From: Bacilli bacterium
Lineage (GTDB): Bacteria > Bacillota_I > Bacilli_A > RF39 > UBA660
DNA length: 59,855 bases
Direction: 5' to 3'
Assembly: GCA_007117695.1 (NCBI GenBank)
Contig: SKFZ01000011.1
Coordinates: 1-59,855 of the forward strand
In this document: in pieces, positions 21,455 through 31,330 of the stretch
How the letters are laid out: each line of letters opens with the position of its first letter
Position numbering within the stretch: the stretch's first letter is position 1
Made by a program: the position numbers and the translations under genes
Notes under the pieces: generated by a model
What the model saw: only the letters and a program-made list of their open reading frames with translations
The model's database searches: none
Told to the model about the DNA's origin: nothing

Positions 21455-21804
21455 TATGACTCACTTCCTTTCTTTTTACTTTTTTTGCTCTCTTTTTTTG
21501 AATCTTCTTTTTTCTTTTCACTTTTAGCATCTTTTTTCTCGGCTTTGCTTTTTCTACTAAACATAGATGTTACAAGACCAACAGCAATGTTTACAAACGT
21601 ATCTCCCAAAAATGAAAGTCCATCTGCAGTAGTATCTACTACATCAAAAAGTTTATCTAGTTTCTTACTTTTTCTTGCCACATCATCAACTACAACATCT
21701 ACTTTACTCAAAGTCGATATTAATTTAAATATTAATAAAATTAATGATATTAATACGATGAATAGCAACATGTATAAAACTACTTGATATGGATCTGGTT
21801 GCAT
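21454..21804 (-). CDS. YtxG/DUF948-like membrane protein
   Basis: N-terminal TM plus helical region, Lys-rich tail; adjacent to ytxH-like gene. Confidence 0.6.
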   Translation of the reverse strand: MQPDPYQVVLYMLLFIVLISLILLIFKLISTLSKVDVVVDDVARKSKKLDKLFDVVDTTADGLSFLGDTFVNIAVGLVTSMFSRKSKAEKKDAKSEKKKEDSKKESKKSKKKGSES

Positions 21805-22568
21805 TATAATTCCTCCTTCTCATCATACATAGTATCTATTAAATCAAATAAATCATCTTTTTCTGCTTCTTCTTCATTATTTTCTTCATCTTTTAATTCA
21901 TCGAAAAGTGGTTTATTCCTATCTGATCTAGTATTAACATGGGCTACATAATCAATTTCTGATTTCTCTTCATCCTCATCTAAAACACCATTCAAATTAA
22001 AGTCTAACTCATCGAAAATATCGCCGTTACCCTCTTCTTCATAATATTGATCATTACTTGAATCATCTTCTAAAGGTGCACTATATAAATCTGTTTCAAG
22101 TTCATCTTCGATAGTACCAAAAGCTTTTTTTCTAATAGCATCAATCGAAAGATCTGTTTTAGTATTATAAATTGGATCTTTTTTATTTTTTTCCCTCACA
22201 TCTTCTTTTAAATAGTTTTTATCCAAAACCCCATATACTGGTGAAATGATAGGTGAAGGTGAAAAATGTTTTTTAGTATCCTTTTTCTCTTTATTTATTT
22301 TATAAGTAGAAACAGGCTTTTTAGGCAGCTCTTTTTTTTCAGCTTTTGGAAGAGTTTCAAAATCCTCATCATCAAACCAAACTTTTTCTTCCTTAGGAAT
22401 ATCTTTTAAAACTTCATTTTCCAAAACTGGCACTTCCTCTTTTTTAACTTCTTTTTCTTCCTCTTTAGGAGGACTAATTTCAACATGCATAACTTCTTTT
22501 TTGACAGGAGCTTCATCCACTTCAACTTCGTCTGTGAACAAATCTTTAAACTTATCAACTAACCCCAT
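21804..22568 (-). CDS. Acidic, largely disordered hypothetical protein (SftA N-terminus-like motifs)
   Basis: N-terminal amphipathic helix GLVDKFKDLF; KKHFSPSPIISPVYG motif; D/E-rich. Confidence 0.7.
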   Translation of the reverse strand: MGLVDKFKDLFTDEVEVDEAPVKKEVMHVEISPPKEEEKEVKKEEVPVLENEVLKDIPKEEKVWFDDEDFETLPKAEKKELPKKPVSTYKINKEKKDTKKHFSPSPIISPVYGVLDKNYLKEDVREKNKKDPIYNTKTDLSIDAIRKKAFGTIEDELETDLYSAPLEDDSSNDQYYEEEGNGDIFDELDFNLNGVLDEDEEKSEIDYVAHVNTRSDRNKPLFDELKDEENNEEEAEKDDLFDLIDTMYDEKEEL

Positions 22569-22572
22569 CAAA

Positions 22573-23202
22573 TCACCTACTTTCTAACTCTTCTTGATCA
22601 ACTAATTCAATATATTGTCTACTTAAGTCTGTTTCAATAGTTTCAACCGCTGAGAAAATATCATATGTCTCTTCTCTTGCTGTGAAAAAATCATCATTTA
22701 ACATTAATTCAATAACGTTATCATTAAACTGGACTGTCGATAATATATAAGAAGCATTTAAAATAACATCATTCAACTTTGAATACGTAGTTACTGCCTC
22801 TATTTTTGCAAAATTATACATAAATTGAATATAGTAAAGATCATCTTGCTCCTTAATCAATATGTAACCTTGCTTATCACGGGCATCGATTTCTTTAGAA
22901 TAGTAAGCATCAGAATCTTCTTCAAAATCTACTTCTCTTTGATGAAAATACCCAATAGCATCTATGTATAGGAAATAATAAACACCTTCTGAATAAAACT
23001 TTTCATTTAGATCCGTTGAGTCAATATATGAAACTCCTCTTGGAATATAATATTTGTAACCTCTACCAACTCTATTATAAAGAGTATTATCTTTAGACAA
23101 TACTACATTGACAATGTTGTCGATATCAGATGTATCTATTCTAACTATTGTACAGCCTGAAATCACCGCTGTAAGCAATATTAGAATTAACATTTTTTTC
23201 AT
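22573..23202 (-). CDS. Hypothetical lipoprotein
   Basis: MKK, hydrophobic stretch, lipobox ISG|C. Confidence 0.8.
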   Translation of the reverse strand: MKKMLILILLTAVISGCTIVRIDTSDIDNIVNVVLSKDNTLYNRVGRGYKYYIPRGVSYIDSTDLNEKFYSEGVYYFLYIDAIGYFHQREVDFEEDSDAYYSKEIDARDKQGYILIKEQDDLYYIQFMYNFAKIEAVTTYSKLNDVILNASYILSTVQFNDNVIELMLNDDFFTAREETYDIFSAVETIETDLSRQYIELVDQEELESR

Positions 23203-23271
23203 AACTCACCACTCTTACTATTAGTATATCAAAATTATATTTTTATCAAAAGAAAATATAATTTTACGTGT

Positions 23272-23913
23272 CTAGTCTTTGTATACTTTGGACACTTGTA
23301 CTTTATATATTTTATCGCCTTTTTGCGAAAACTTTCTTTCATATTCTGTTTGAATATTACCTTTTAAATCTGTTTTATAAAGATCTAGCGAAACATCATT
23401 TATTAAATAACCATGGTTAGAAAAACTTATTAATGAATATTCAAATAACTTTCTATTATCAGTCTTTTGAGTAATAATACATTTTTCTTTAAATATTTTA
23501 TCGTATCTTTTTAAAAATCTATCACTTGTTAGCCTTCTATGCTCGTGCCTATTTTTAGGCCAAGGATCAGAAAAATTCAAATATAGATGGTCTATTTCGC
23601 TATCAAATAGATCTTCAATATTAGTTGCATCAAACCTCATTAAAATTAAATTATCAAACTCAAATTCATCGGCTTTTTTGCAAGCTTTCAATAATACTGT
23701 ATCAAATTTTTCAATACTTATAAAATTAATGCTAGGATACATTTTAGCCATCCCTATTATGAAATCACCTTTACCTGTACCTATTTCTAAATGAATCGGA
23801 TTATCATTTTTAAATATCTTTTTAAAGTTGCCTTTATTATTTTCAGGCTCCTTTATAAAGTATTTTGTTTCCAATAATTTTTTATTAGCATTTTTTATGT
23901 TTCTAAGTCTCAT
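23272..23913 (-). CDS. trmB: tRNA (guanine-N7)-methyltransferase
   Basis: LEIGTGKG, LNFSDPWPKNRHEHRRLT, TEYE. Confidence 0.97.
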   Translation of the reverse strand: MRLRNIKNANKKLLETKYFIKEPENNKGNFKKIFKNDNPIHLEIGTGKGDFIIGMAKMYPSINFISIEKFDTVLLKACKKADEFEFDNLILMRFDATNIEDLFDSEIDHLYLNFSDPWPKNRHEHRRLTSDRFLKRYDKIFKEKCIITQKTDNRKLFEYSLISFSNHGYLINDVSLDLYKTDLKGNIQTEYERKFSQKGDKIYKVQVSKVYKD

Positions 23914-23974
23914 GTTATCACCACAATCATTATATCATTTTTTCATTAATATTAAAATTAAAAGAGGAAGAAGA

Positions 23975-25765
23975 TTAAAATCTTCCTCCTCCACCTCCTC
24001 CACCGAAGGAACCTCCTCCTGATGAGAAGCCTCCCCCTGTTCCTGAAGCAGAAGCCATACTTGAGCTGGCACTAGTGTAAGCTCTTGTTACACTACTATT
24101 TAAACTAGAGTTAAGCGAAACTACTCTTGTAAAATAATATGTATTAAAAGCACTTATGTTAACTTGTTGATCTGGCATTTCTTTGACTTTTATTTCCATA
24201 GTTCTAGCAAGTTTTTTAGCATTTTTAAAAACTAATGCATAAACTAAATACTTTTCCCATAAAACAACTTTAGGTAAATCTCTTTGCTCAAAATTACCAA
24301 AGTCAGTTATAAACTTTTTCAAGCCTTTCCATTTTGCATAATCCTCATTACCTTCTTTAGTCCTTTTCTTAATTAAAGAAACGTAAACTGCAAATAATAT
24401 CCCTAGTACAAAAGGAGTAATAAGATAAATAATCGTTAAATATAAGTAAAGGCCGATTCCAAACAATAACAATAATAAAAATGAATGCAATAAATACTTA
24501 AGATGTTCTTCCCCTTCGTAGAAGAAGTTATATTTTTTAGCCTCAATTGTCGCTTCATCTTTCCATGCATTAAATTTGTTAAAAAAATCTTCGGCATTCT
24601 TTTTAGAATAATCATTAATATCTTTCATAGTTACAGAACCTTTTTTAATGTCTTCGAAAAATAATTCAACTAAAAGTTGATCTGATTTTTTAAGTTTGCT
24701 TTTGTCTGAAACAAACCTTAATCTAAAATCATTTTTCCCCTCTTCTTCAAATGTCACTTTTTTCAAAGCAATCAAATTCATAAGTGCTGCAGACATTTCA
24801 TTTGCAGTTATTTTCTTATTCATTAAATAACCTACGATCTCAGGTCCATAATCATTTGGAAAATCTCTATAATAATCTGTTTTAAATCCGCTTTCATATT
24901 CTTTATCATATTTTTTATACACTTTATACGTTAATGGAATCGTTAAAATAGAGCCCACGATTATTGAAAGTTTTGCTAAATTTCTTTGGATTCTCATTCT
25001 CCTAATAACCTTGTTACGCTCCTCGGCCCACTCTTTTTCTATTTCTAAAATAGTATCCAAAGCGACCATGTTTGTCGTTTTATTAGAGTCTTTTACAGCC
25101 TCTTTATTAAAAACTAACCTAATATCAACAGGTGTATTTGCATTAATAAATTCCGCTGTTAACAATGCATGATCATTATCTATTTCAATATTACCATCAA
25201 CTCTACCATGAGCCCAACCTCTCAAGTCATCAACTTCACCTTCAAAATTAACAATAACCTCGAAATTTCTAATATTCTCTACCATCTCATTTGAAAATAT
25301 TTGCCACCCCAATTCAGCAACATCTTCATGAACTACAGCCATATTATGAATTATATATTCTATATAAAAATCTTTTCCACTTACACTGGGATTATACATC
25401 CTAATAACATCACCTCGGAAAGTATATTTATCAGAATCTCCAGCACTTGGCACACCAGGTGCTACAAGTTCATACTCATTATTCTCGCCAACTGATAAAA
25501 CAGTCAATCTATCCCCATCATAAATTGCACTTCCTTCAAGTGACTCTCTATCTGATGTAAAGGGTCTAGAATTCAATCCTCTATATCTTATTATTCTTTC
25601 AAAACCACTATAAGTACCACCCAAAACAAAGTGTTCCCTAACTCTTAAATCCCCATTTTCCATAACAGTTGCTTCCATTTTAAAGCTGTTAATAGTATCG
25701 GCAAAAACATTAATGGGTGCTAAAATTAAAATAATAAAAAATAATATTAATAAATTTTTTTTCAT
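23975..25765 (-). CDS. DUF2207-domain membrane protein
   Basis: Signal peptide, WAHG, LWEKYLVYALVF, Gly/Ser-rich GGGGGGRF tail; paired with lemA. Confidence 0.9.
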   Translation of the reverse strand: MKKNLLILFFIILILAPINVFADTINSFKMEATVMENGDLRVREHFVLGGTYSGFERIIRYRGLNSRPFTSDRESLEGSAIYDGDRLTVLSVGENNEYELVAPGVPSAGDSDKYTFRGDVIRMYNPSVSGKDFYIEYIIHNMAVVHEDVAELGWQIFSNEMVENIRNFEVIVNFEGEVDDLRGWAHGRVDGNIEIDNDHALLTAEFINANTPVDIRLVFNKEAVKDSNKTTNMVALDTILEIEKEWAEERNKVIRRMRIQRNLAKLSIIVGSILTIPLTYKVYKKYDKEYESGFKTDYYRDFPNDYGPEIVGYLMNKKITANEMSAALMNLIALKKVTFEEEGKNDFRLRFVSDKSKLKKSDQLLVELFFEDIKKGSVTMKDINDYSKKNAEDFFNKFNAWKDEATIEAKKYNFFYEGEEHLKYLLHSFLLLLLFGIGLYLYLTIIYLITPFVLGILFAVYVSLIKKRTKEGNEDYAKWKGLKKFITDFGNFEQRDLPKVVLWEKYLVYALVFKNAKKLARTMEIKVKEMPDQQVNISAFNTYYFTRVVSLNSSLNSSVTRAYTSASSSMASASGTGGGFSSGGGSFGGGGGGGRF

Positions 25766-25802
25766 AATACTCCTCCTATAAAAAAAGCTCACCGAAGTAA
25801 GC

Positions 25803-26372
25803 TTAAAATTTCACATCTGGCACTACACGCTCGGCTTCGGTAGCCTCAAAAAATGGTTCTGGCTTAAAGTTGAAAATGCCAGCAATAATATTTGAAGGAA
25901 ACATTTCAATTTTATTTTTGTATTTTAAAACTGCATCATTATAAAATTGTCTTGCATAAGCAATTTTGTCTTCCGTTTCTTTTAAGTTATCTTGCATTTT
26001 TAAGAAACTAGAATCCGCCTTTAACTCTGGGTATGCTTCAGACAATGCAAATAATCTTCCTAAAACTTGTGATAACTCACCATTTGCTTGCATTTCTGCT
26101 TCTTTTGAACCAGATTCAACACTAGAAACTGCTTTATTTCTAGCACTTATAACTGCCTCAAACGTTTCTTTCTCATGCGATGCATAACCTTTAACTGTTT
26201 CAACTAAATTGGGTATTAAATCGGCTCTTCTCTTAATAAGAACCTCGATTTGTGCCCATTGGTCTTGAACAGCATTTCTAAATTTTACTAATTTATTGTA
26301 GTTTGATACTACAAATGCTAAAATCAATAAAATTAAAAAGAAAATAACTCCTAATACAACTAAAACTATCAT
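25803..26372 (-). CDS. lemA: LemA family protein
   Basis: RRADLIPNLVETVKGYASHE, EAYPELKA, ARQFYND. Confidence 0.96.
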   Translation of the reverse strand: MIVLVVLGVIFFLILLILAFVVSNYNKLVKFRNAVQDQWAQIEVLIKRRADLIPNLVETVKGYASHEKETFEAVISARNKAVSSVESGSKEAEMQANGELSQVLGRLFALSEAYPELKADSSFLKMQDNLKETEDKIAYARQFYNDAVLKYKNKIEMFPSNIIAGIFNFKPEPFFEATEAERVVPDVKF

Positions 26373-26425
26373 AAAAATCACTCCACTCTAATATTCATTT
26401 TACTATATTAAATATTAATACGCAA

Positions 26426-26450
26426 TAAAAAAGAAGGTTTTTACCTTCTT
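26426..26450 (-). terminator. Terminator overlapping pilin-CLec stop codon
   Basis: AAGAAGGT-N4-ACCTTCTT plus T-run on minus strand. Confidence 0.7.
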
Positions 26451-27817
26451 GAAATAGTTAACCTATATGCTTCATCACTACTACCACCACCGGTAGAGTT
26501 AGAATAATCAAGCATTTCACTTACTCCTCTTACTAAAAAAGGTCTTGGTCCTGTTAAGAAATCTTTACTGCCACCATGAAATGTATTAGTTTCTGATAAT
26601 CCATGACCATAACAAATATTTCCACGACAAGCTTGGTCTATATTGTCGCTAGTGTAATTATCATAAAACTTATCCTCTGGAAAAGGACTAAGTAATGAAC
26701 CCCCTATTCGTTTATTGTAACTACTCATTACAAAGTCACTAGGAAGCCCCACCATATTATATACCCCATATTCGTTATTAGTTGTTGAACCACCAACGCT
26801 TATAGAAGAAGAATCGATGCCATATTCTGATTGTGCTAAATAAGAAATTGCAGCCCATTCAGTATTTTTTTGAACTCTAGTACTTAATGTTCCGCTTGGA
26901 AATCCATACGGATTATTCGATGAATTCATACTTGATACTAAAGTATATAAAGTATTTACAGATTGATTAGTTATTACAGAATCTGTACTCTTGCTTGTAA
27001 TTAAATCTAAGTCGCCTGTTAATTGATACTTAGAAGCCCAAAACCCTCTTAAACTCTTTTCTCCAAAAGTAAAAGCAGGATGAACTCGATAACCTTGGCC
27101 TTCTACTGGCGAAGAGACAAATGGTGCACCTTTAACAAATTCAATATCTATTGGATTTTCTTCAACTTTATACTTAAATCTAGGTATCCAAACAAGCTCC
27201 AATAAAATATGATCATTATCAATTATTTCTCCCGGCTCTACATTTAAATAATTGTCCTTGTGAGCTTCATGAACTACTACAGCATTTGCCCAAATACTAT
27301 TTTCATAATCATACCATGGACTTGAATCTGGATTTCGATTATCTGCTTTAACTATATTTGCCCCTTCATATCTAATTGGAATCATCCCTTTATGAAGGTA
27401 AGGTCTGTTTGCAAAACTTGAATCAGCATTCTCAATACAAGGTGCATCATAAAGCCTAACTATATGAGTTTCTATTGGTTTATACGCACACCACTTATCA
27501 AATTCAATTAAAACATCGATATCCCCATCTTCATTAACTACAATTTCACCTACCCCAGTTACCGAACCGCTTATTGGTATGCTAGGTGAAATCGAATCTT
27601 CACTATTACCATCAATTTCATATACTTGATAAATACCAAAGCCACGGCTTGCCTTATCAAGTTCAACTGCATGTACTAGTCCATTAACACTATCCAGGAA
27701 TGATTCTTTTCGCGAGTTATCTATTACACCTCTTATTATCGGTGTAGTAATTCCTGCGATTATTCCTAAAATAACAATTACTGCTAAAAGCTCAACTAGT
27801 GTAAAACCTTTTTTCAT
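26441..27817 (-). CDS. Type IV pilin N-terminus fused to a putative FGE-type C-type-lectin-fold domain
   Basis: MKKG|FTLVELLAVIVILGII; C-terminal VWIPRF, HPAF, GFWASKY, NTEWAAISYL, STTNNEYGVYNMVG, FLVRG...AYR. Confidence 0.8.
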   Translation of the reverse strand: MKKGFTLVELLAVIVILGIIAGITTPIIRGVIDNSRKESFLDSVNGLVHAVELDKASRGFGIYQVYEIDGNSEDSISPSIPISGSVTGVGEIVVNEDGDIDVLIEFDKWCAYKPIETHIVRLYDAPCIENADSSFANRPYLHKGMIPIRYEGANIVKADNRNPDSSPWYDYENSIWANAVVVHEAHKDNYLNVEPGEIIDNDHILLELVWIPRFKYKVEENPIDIEFVKGAPFVSSPVEGQGYRVHPAFTFGEKSLRGFWASKYQLTGDLDLITSKSTDSVITNQSVNTLYTLVSSMNSSNNPYGFPSGTLSTRVQKNTEWAAISYLAQSEYGIDSSSISVGGSTTNNEYGVYNMVGLPSDFVMSSYNKRIGGSLLSPFPEDKFYDNYTSDNIDQACRGNICYGHGLSETNTFHGGSKDFLTGPRPFLVRGVSEMLDYSNSTGGGSSDEAYRLTISRR

Positions 27818-27824
27818 ATTATCA

Positions 27825-30800
27825 CTATTCCTTTTCAGACAAATTTTTATAGTACTCAAACCTAGCAATTGCATTTTCTTTGTTACCTTTAATTAACGAA
27901 GATGCATTTTCTTCATTAACAACACTTAAAACCTTAAATCTTTTTTGTGACATTAAAAAGTCCTCATAAGAATCAAAGTCAGCTTTTTTATGATCTAAAA
28001 TTAACTTAGAAACTCTAGGATCAAACCTAAAAATCGGGAAATATCCACAGTTTGTAGCATCCTTTTCATACTGAAACCTATTAGCTAATCCACCTTTTAT
28101 ACCATGAGATATACAAGGTGAAAAAGCAATTATAATAGATGGTCCTTCAAAACTTTCTGCTTCCTTAAACGCTTTTAAAACTTGATTTGGGTTAGCACCC
28201 ATATTAACTTGAGCCACATAAACATTAGGATATGTCAAAGCCATCTTAGCTAAGTCTTTGCTATTAGTCTTTTTACCATCATATGAAAAGGCGGCAATAC
28301 TTCCTTTTTTAGTAGCTTTGGATGTTTGACCTCCGGTATTTGAATAAACTTCTGTATCAACTACTAAAATGTTAATGTCTTCTCCACTTGCTAAAACATG
28401 ATCAATTCCTCCAAAACCAATATCATAAGCCCAGCCATCTCCACCTATAGCCCACACACTTGGTTTTTTAATATGATCTTTTAACTCTTTTATTTCATCG
28501 TTTGTATTATCAAAATCAATTTTTTCATATATTTCTTTTGATTTTTCAAAATCATTTTTGCACTCAAGCCATTCATTAAATAGTTTTTGATTTGGATCAT
28601 CATTAGTTTCTTTTATTAATTTTTCTAATTTAGCTCTTTTAAAAGTATTAGCAACTAAGATACCATAACCAAATTCGGCATTATCTTCAAAAAGTGAACT
28701 AGCCCAAGGTACATTATAAGGAGTACTTGGAGCACTGCCTCCGTATATCGAAGAACAACCAGTAGCATTAGCAATAATCATATTATCACCATAAAGTTGA
28801 GTTAATAGTTTTATGTAAGGTGTTTCACCACACCCAGCACAAGCACCAGAAAATTCAAACTTAGGAGTTTTGAATTGACTACCTTTAACTAAACTAGTAT
28901 TAACATCTTTTTTCTCTTTAACTTTATTTAATAAATATTCAAAGTTGCTTTGTTCACCATTATCTAATTGACTTTTAATATCTACCATAGATAAAGCTTT
29001 GTTACCCTTTTTACCAGGGCAAACATTAGCACACACACTACATCCAGTACAATCTTTAATTGAAACTGAAATAGTATATTTATATTTATCTTTATGGTTT
29101 TTATCCATAGGTTCAAGTAATTTATCTAAAACTTTTTCATCGGCATTTGAAACCTCTTCTTCATCTAATAAAAATGGTCTAATAACCCCATGTGGACAAG
29201 CAAGTGAACATAAATTACATTGAATACAATTTTCTTTATCATAACATGGCACTTTATCACTAATAGATCTTTTTTCATATTTACTATTAGCACCCTCAAA
29301 TGTGCCATCTGGGTTTTCATTGAATGCTGAGACTGGTAGTTTATCACCTAGTCCTTTGTTCATAGATAAAACAATATCTTCATCCAACTCTTCTTTAATT
29401 ACTAAATATTCACCATCTGGAATTTCTACTAAAACTAAATTTTCTGAAGCCACTTCAATAGCATTTTGATTGGCCATTACAATTTTAGGTCCTAGTTTAC
29501 TAAAGTTTTCTTCTGCTAAGTCTTTTAATTTTTCTTTGCTTTCATTGTAATCAATCAAATCACTTAAGCTAAATATTACGCTTTCAAAAATCGTACTTAA
29601 CTTACCATCAATTCCTAATTTGTTTGCAATTTTATCTGCATCTATAGTGTAAAAACTAATGTTTTTGTCAATAAGCTTGCGTTTAATATTATCATCTAAG
29701 AAATCTAAGATTTCCTCTTTATTTTTATTAGTATTTAAAATAAACTTCCCATTTTCTTTGATGTTTGCTAAAACATCATACTTATTTAAATATGAGTCTT
29801 TAGTACAAACAACTATTAAAGGATTATCAACATAATAAGTTGATCTGATCTTATCTTTATTGAATCTTAAGTGACCTACCGTTACTCCACCAGATTTTTT
29901 TGAATCATATTGAAAATAACCTTGAACATTGTAAGGAGTATTTTCACCAACAAGTTTAATGATGTTTTTAGAAGCACTAACCATTCCATCACTTCCATAA
30001 CCATAAAGTAAGTACTCACATGATTTTGAAATTTTAAACTTGTTATCAACTTTTAAGCTTAAATTAGTTACATCATCATTTATCCCAATAGTGAAATTGT
30101 TTTTCATATCACTTTTTAAATTATCATATACAGCCTTTATTTGAGCCGGCGTAGTATTTTTAGAAGATAAACCATATCTCCCACCAATAACTTCAACATC
30201 CTTGTTTGAAAACGCATTTTTAACATCTAAGTATAATGGTTCACCAGTAGAACCCTGTTCCTTTGTTCTATCAAGAACCGCAATTTTTTCTACAGAGTTA
30301 GGCAGAGATTCAATAAACTTATCGATTACAAAAGGCCTATACAAATGAACTTCTAATAAACCTACATTTTCACCCATATTATTCAAAGTATCAATTGTCT
30401 CTCTTATAGTTTCACAAACTGAACCCATTGCAACAATGACTCTTGTAGCATTTTCCTCACCGTAATAATTAAAAGGTTTGTATTTCATTCCGGTTAGTTC
30501 GTTTACTTTATCCATATAAAAACTGACATTATCATAAATTTTATCATAAAATTGATTTCTAACTTCTGTTGCTTGAAAATAAACATCATCATTTTGAGCC
30601 ATACCACGCGTTACTGGGTTGCTCGGATTCAAAGAATTTTTTCGAAATTTTTCTAAAGCATCTTTATCAAGCAATTCTTTTAGTTCATGATCTTCTAAAA
30701 GTGTGACATTCGTCAGTTCATGACTAGTTCTAAAACCATCAAAAAAGTGCATAAATGGAATGCTTGATTTTAGTGAACTCAAATGAGCGACTGCAGATAA

Positions 30801-31250
30801 AAGCGCCGCGTCTTGAACTGAAGAAGAAGCTAACATAGCAAAACCAGTTTGTCTTGCTGCATAAACATCTTGATGATCACCCATAATACTAAGAGCATGA
30901 GTAGAAATACTTCTAGCTGCCACATGAATTACTCCAGGCAACATCTCCCCAGCCATTTTATACATATTAGGAATCATTAAAAGAAGCCCTTGACTTGAAG
31001 TAAAAGTAGAAGCTAGGCTCCCTCCTTGTAAAACTCCATGAATCATACCGGCTGCACCCGCTTCACTTTGCATTTCAACAACTCTAACTGAATCGCCAAA
31101 AGCGTTTAATCGTCCTTCAGAACTAAACTTATCTATATTTTCAGCCATCTGGCTAGATGGTGTAATTGGATAAATTCCTGCTACTTCGGTAAATGCGTAT
31201 GATGTATAACTAGCAGCAAAGTTACCATCAACTGTTTTTTTAATCGCCAA
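27825..31250 (-). CDS. nifJ: Pyruvate:ferredoxin (flavodoxin) oxidoreductase
   Basis: YPITPSS, two CxxCxxC...CP ferredoxin motifs, FSGACAGCGE, GGDGWAYDIG; probable TTG start at 31250. Confidence 0.98.
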   Translation of the reverse strand: MAIKKTVDGNFAASYTSYAFTEVAGIYPITPSSQMAENIDKFSSEGRLNAFGDSVRVVEMQSEAGAAGMIHGVLQGGSLASTFTSSQGLLLMIPNMYKMAGEMLPGVIHVAARSISTHALSIMGDHQDVYAARQTGFAMLASSSVQDAALLSAVAHLSSLKSSIPFMHFFDGFRTSHELTNVTLLEDHELKELLDKDALEKFRKNSLNPSNPVTRGMAQNDDVYFQATEVRNQFYDKIYDNVSFYMDKVNELTGMKYKPFNYYGEENATRVIVAMGSVCETIRETIDTLNNMGENVGLLEVHLYRPFVIDKFIESLPNSVEKIAVLDRTKEQGSTGEPLYLDVKNAFSNKDVEVIGGRYGLSSKNTTPAQIKAVYDNLKSDMKNNFTIGINDDVTNLSLKVDNKFKISKSCEYLLYGYGSDGMVSASKNIIKLVGENTPYNVQGYFQYDSKKSGGVTVGHLRFNKDKIRSTYYVDNPLIVVCTKDSYLNKYDVLANIKENGKFILNTNKNKEEILDFLDDNIKRKLIDKNISFYTIDADKIANKLGIDGKLSTIFESVIFSLSDLIDYNESKEKLKDLAEENFSKLGPKIVMANQNAIEVASENLVLVEIPDGEYLVIKEELDEDIVLSMNKGLGDKLPVSAFNENPDGTFEGANSKYEKRSISDKVPCYDKENCIQCNLCSLACPHGVIRPFLLDEEEVSNADEKVLDKLLEPMDKNHKDKYKYTISVSIKDCTGCSVCANVCPGKKGNKALSMVDIKSQLDNGEQSNFEYLLNKVKEKKDVNTSLVKGSQFKTPKFEFSGACAGCGETPYIKLLTQLYGDNMIIANATGCSSIYGGSAPSTPYNVPWASSLFEDNAEFGYGILVANTFKRAKLEKLIKETNDDPNQKLFNEWLECKNDFEKSKEIYEKIDFDNTNDEIKELKDHIKKPSVWAIGGDGWAYDIGFGGIDHVLASGEDINILVVDTEVYSNTGGQTSKATKKGSIAAFSYDGKKTNSKDLAKMALTYPNVYVAQVNMGANPNQVLKAFKEAESFEGPSIIIAFSPCISHGIKGGLANRFQYEKDATNCGYFPIFRFDPRVSKLILDHKKADFDSYEDFLMSQKRFKVLSVVNEENASSLIKGNKENAIARFEYYKNLSEKE

Positions 31251-31306
31251 AAAAATCACCCCTATTATTAATTATATTATAGCATGTATATATTTTTATA
31301 TAAAGA

Positions 31307-31330
31307 AAAACAAAACCTTAGTTTTGTTTT
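31307..31330 (-). terminator. Terminator after pilin-LamG gene
   Basis: AAAACAAAAC-N4-GTTTTGTTTT inverted repeat. Confidence 0.65.
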
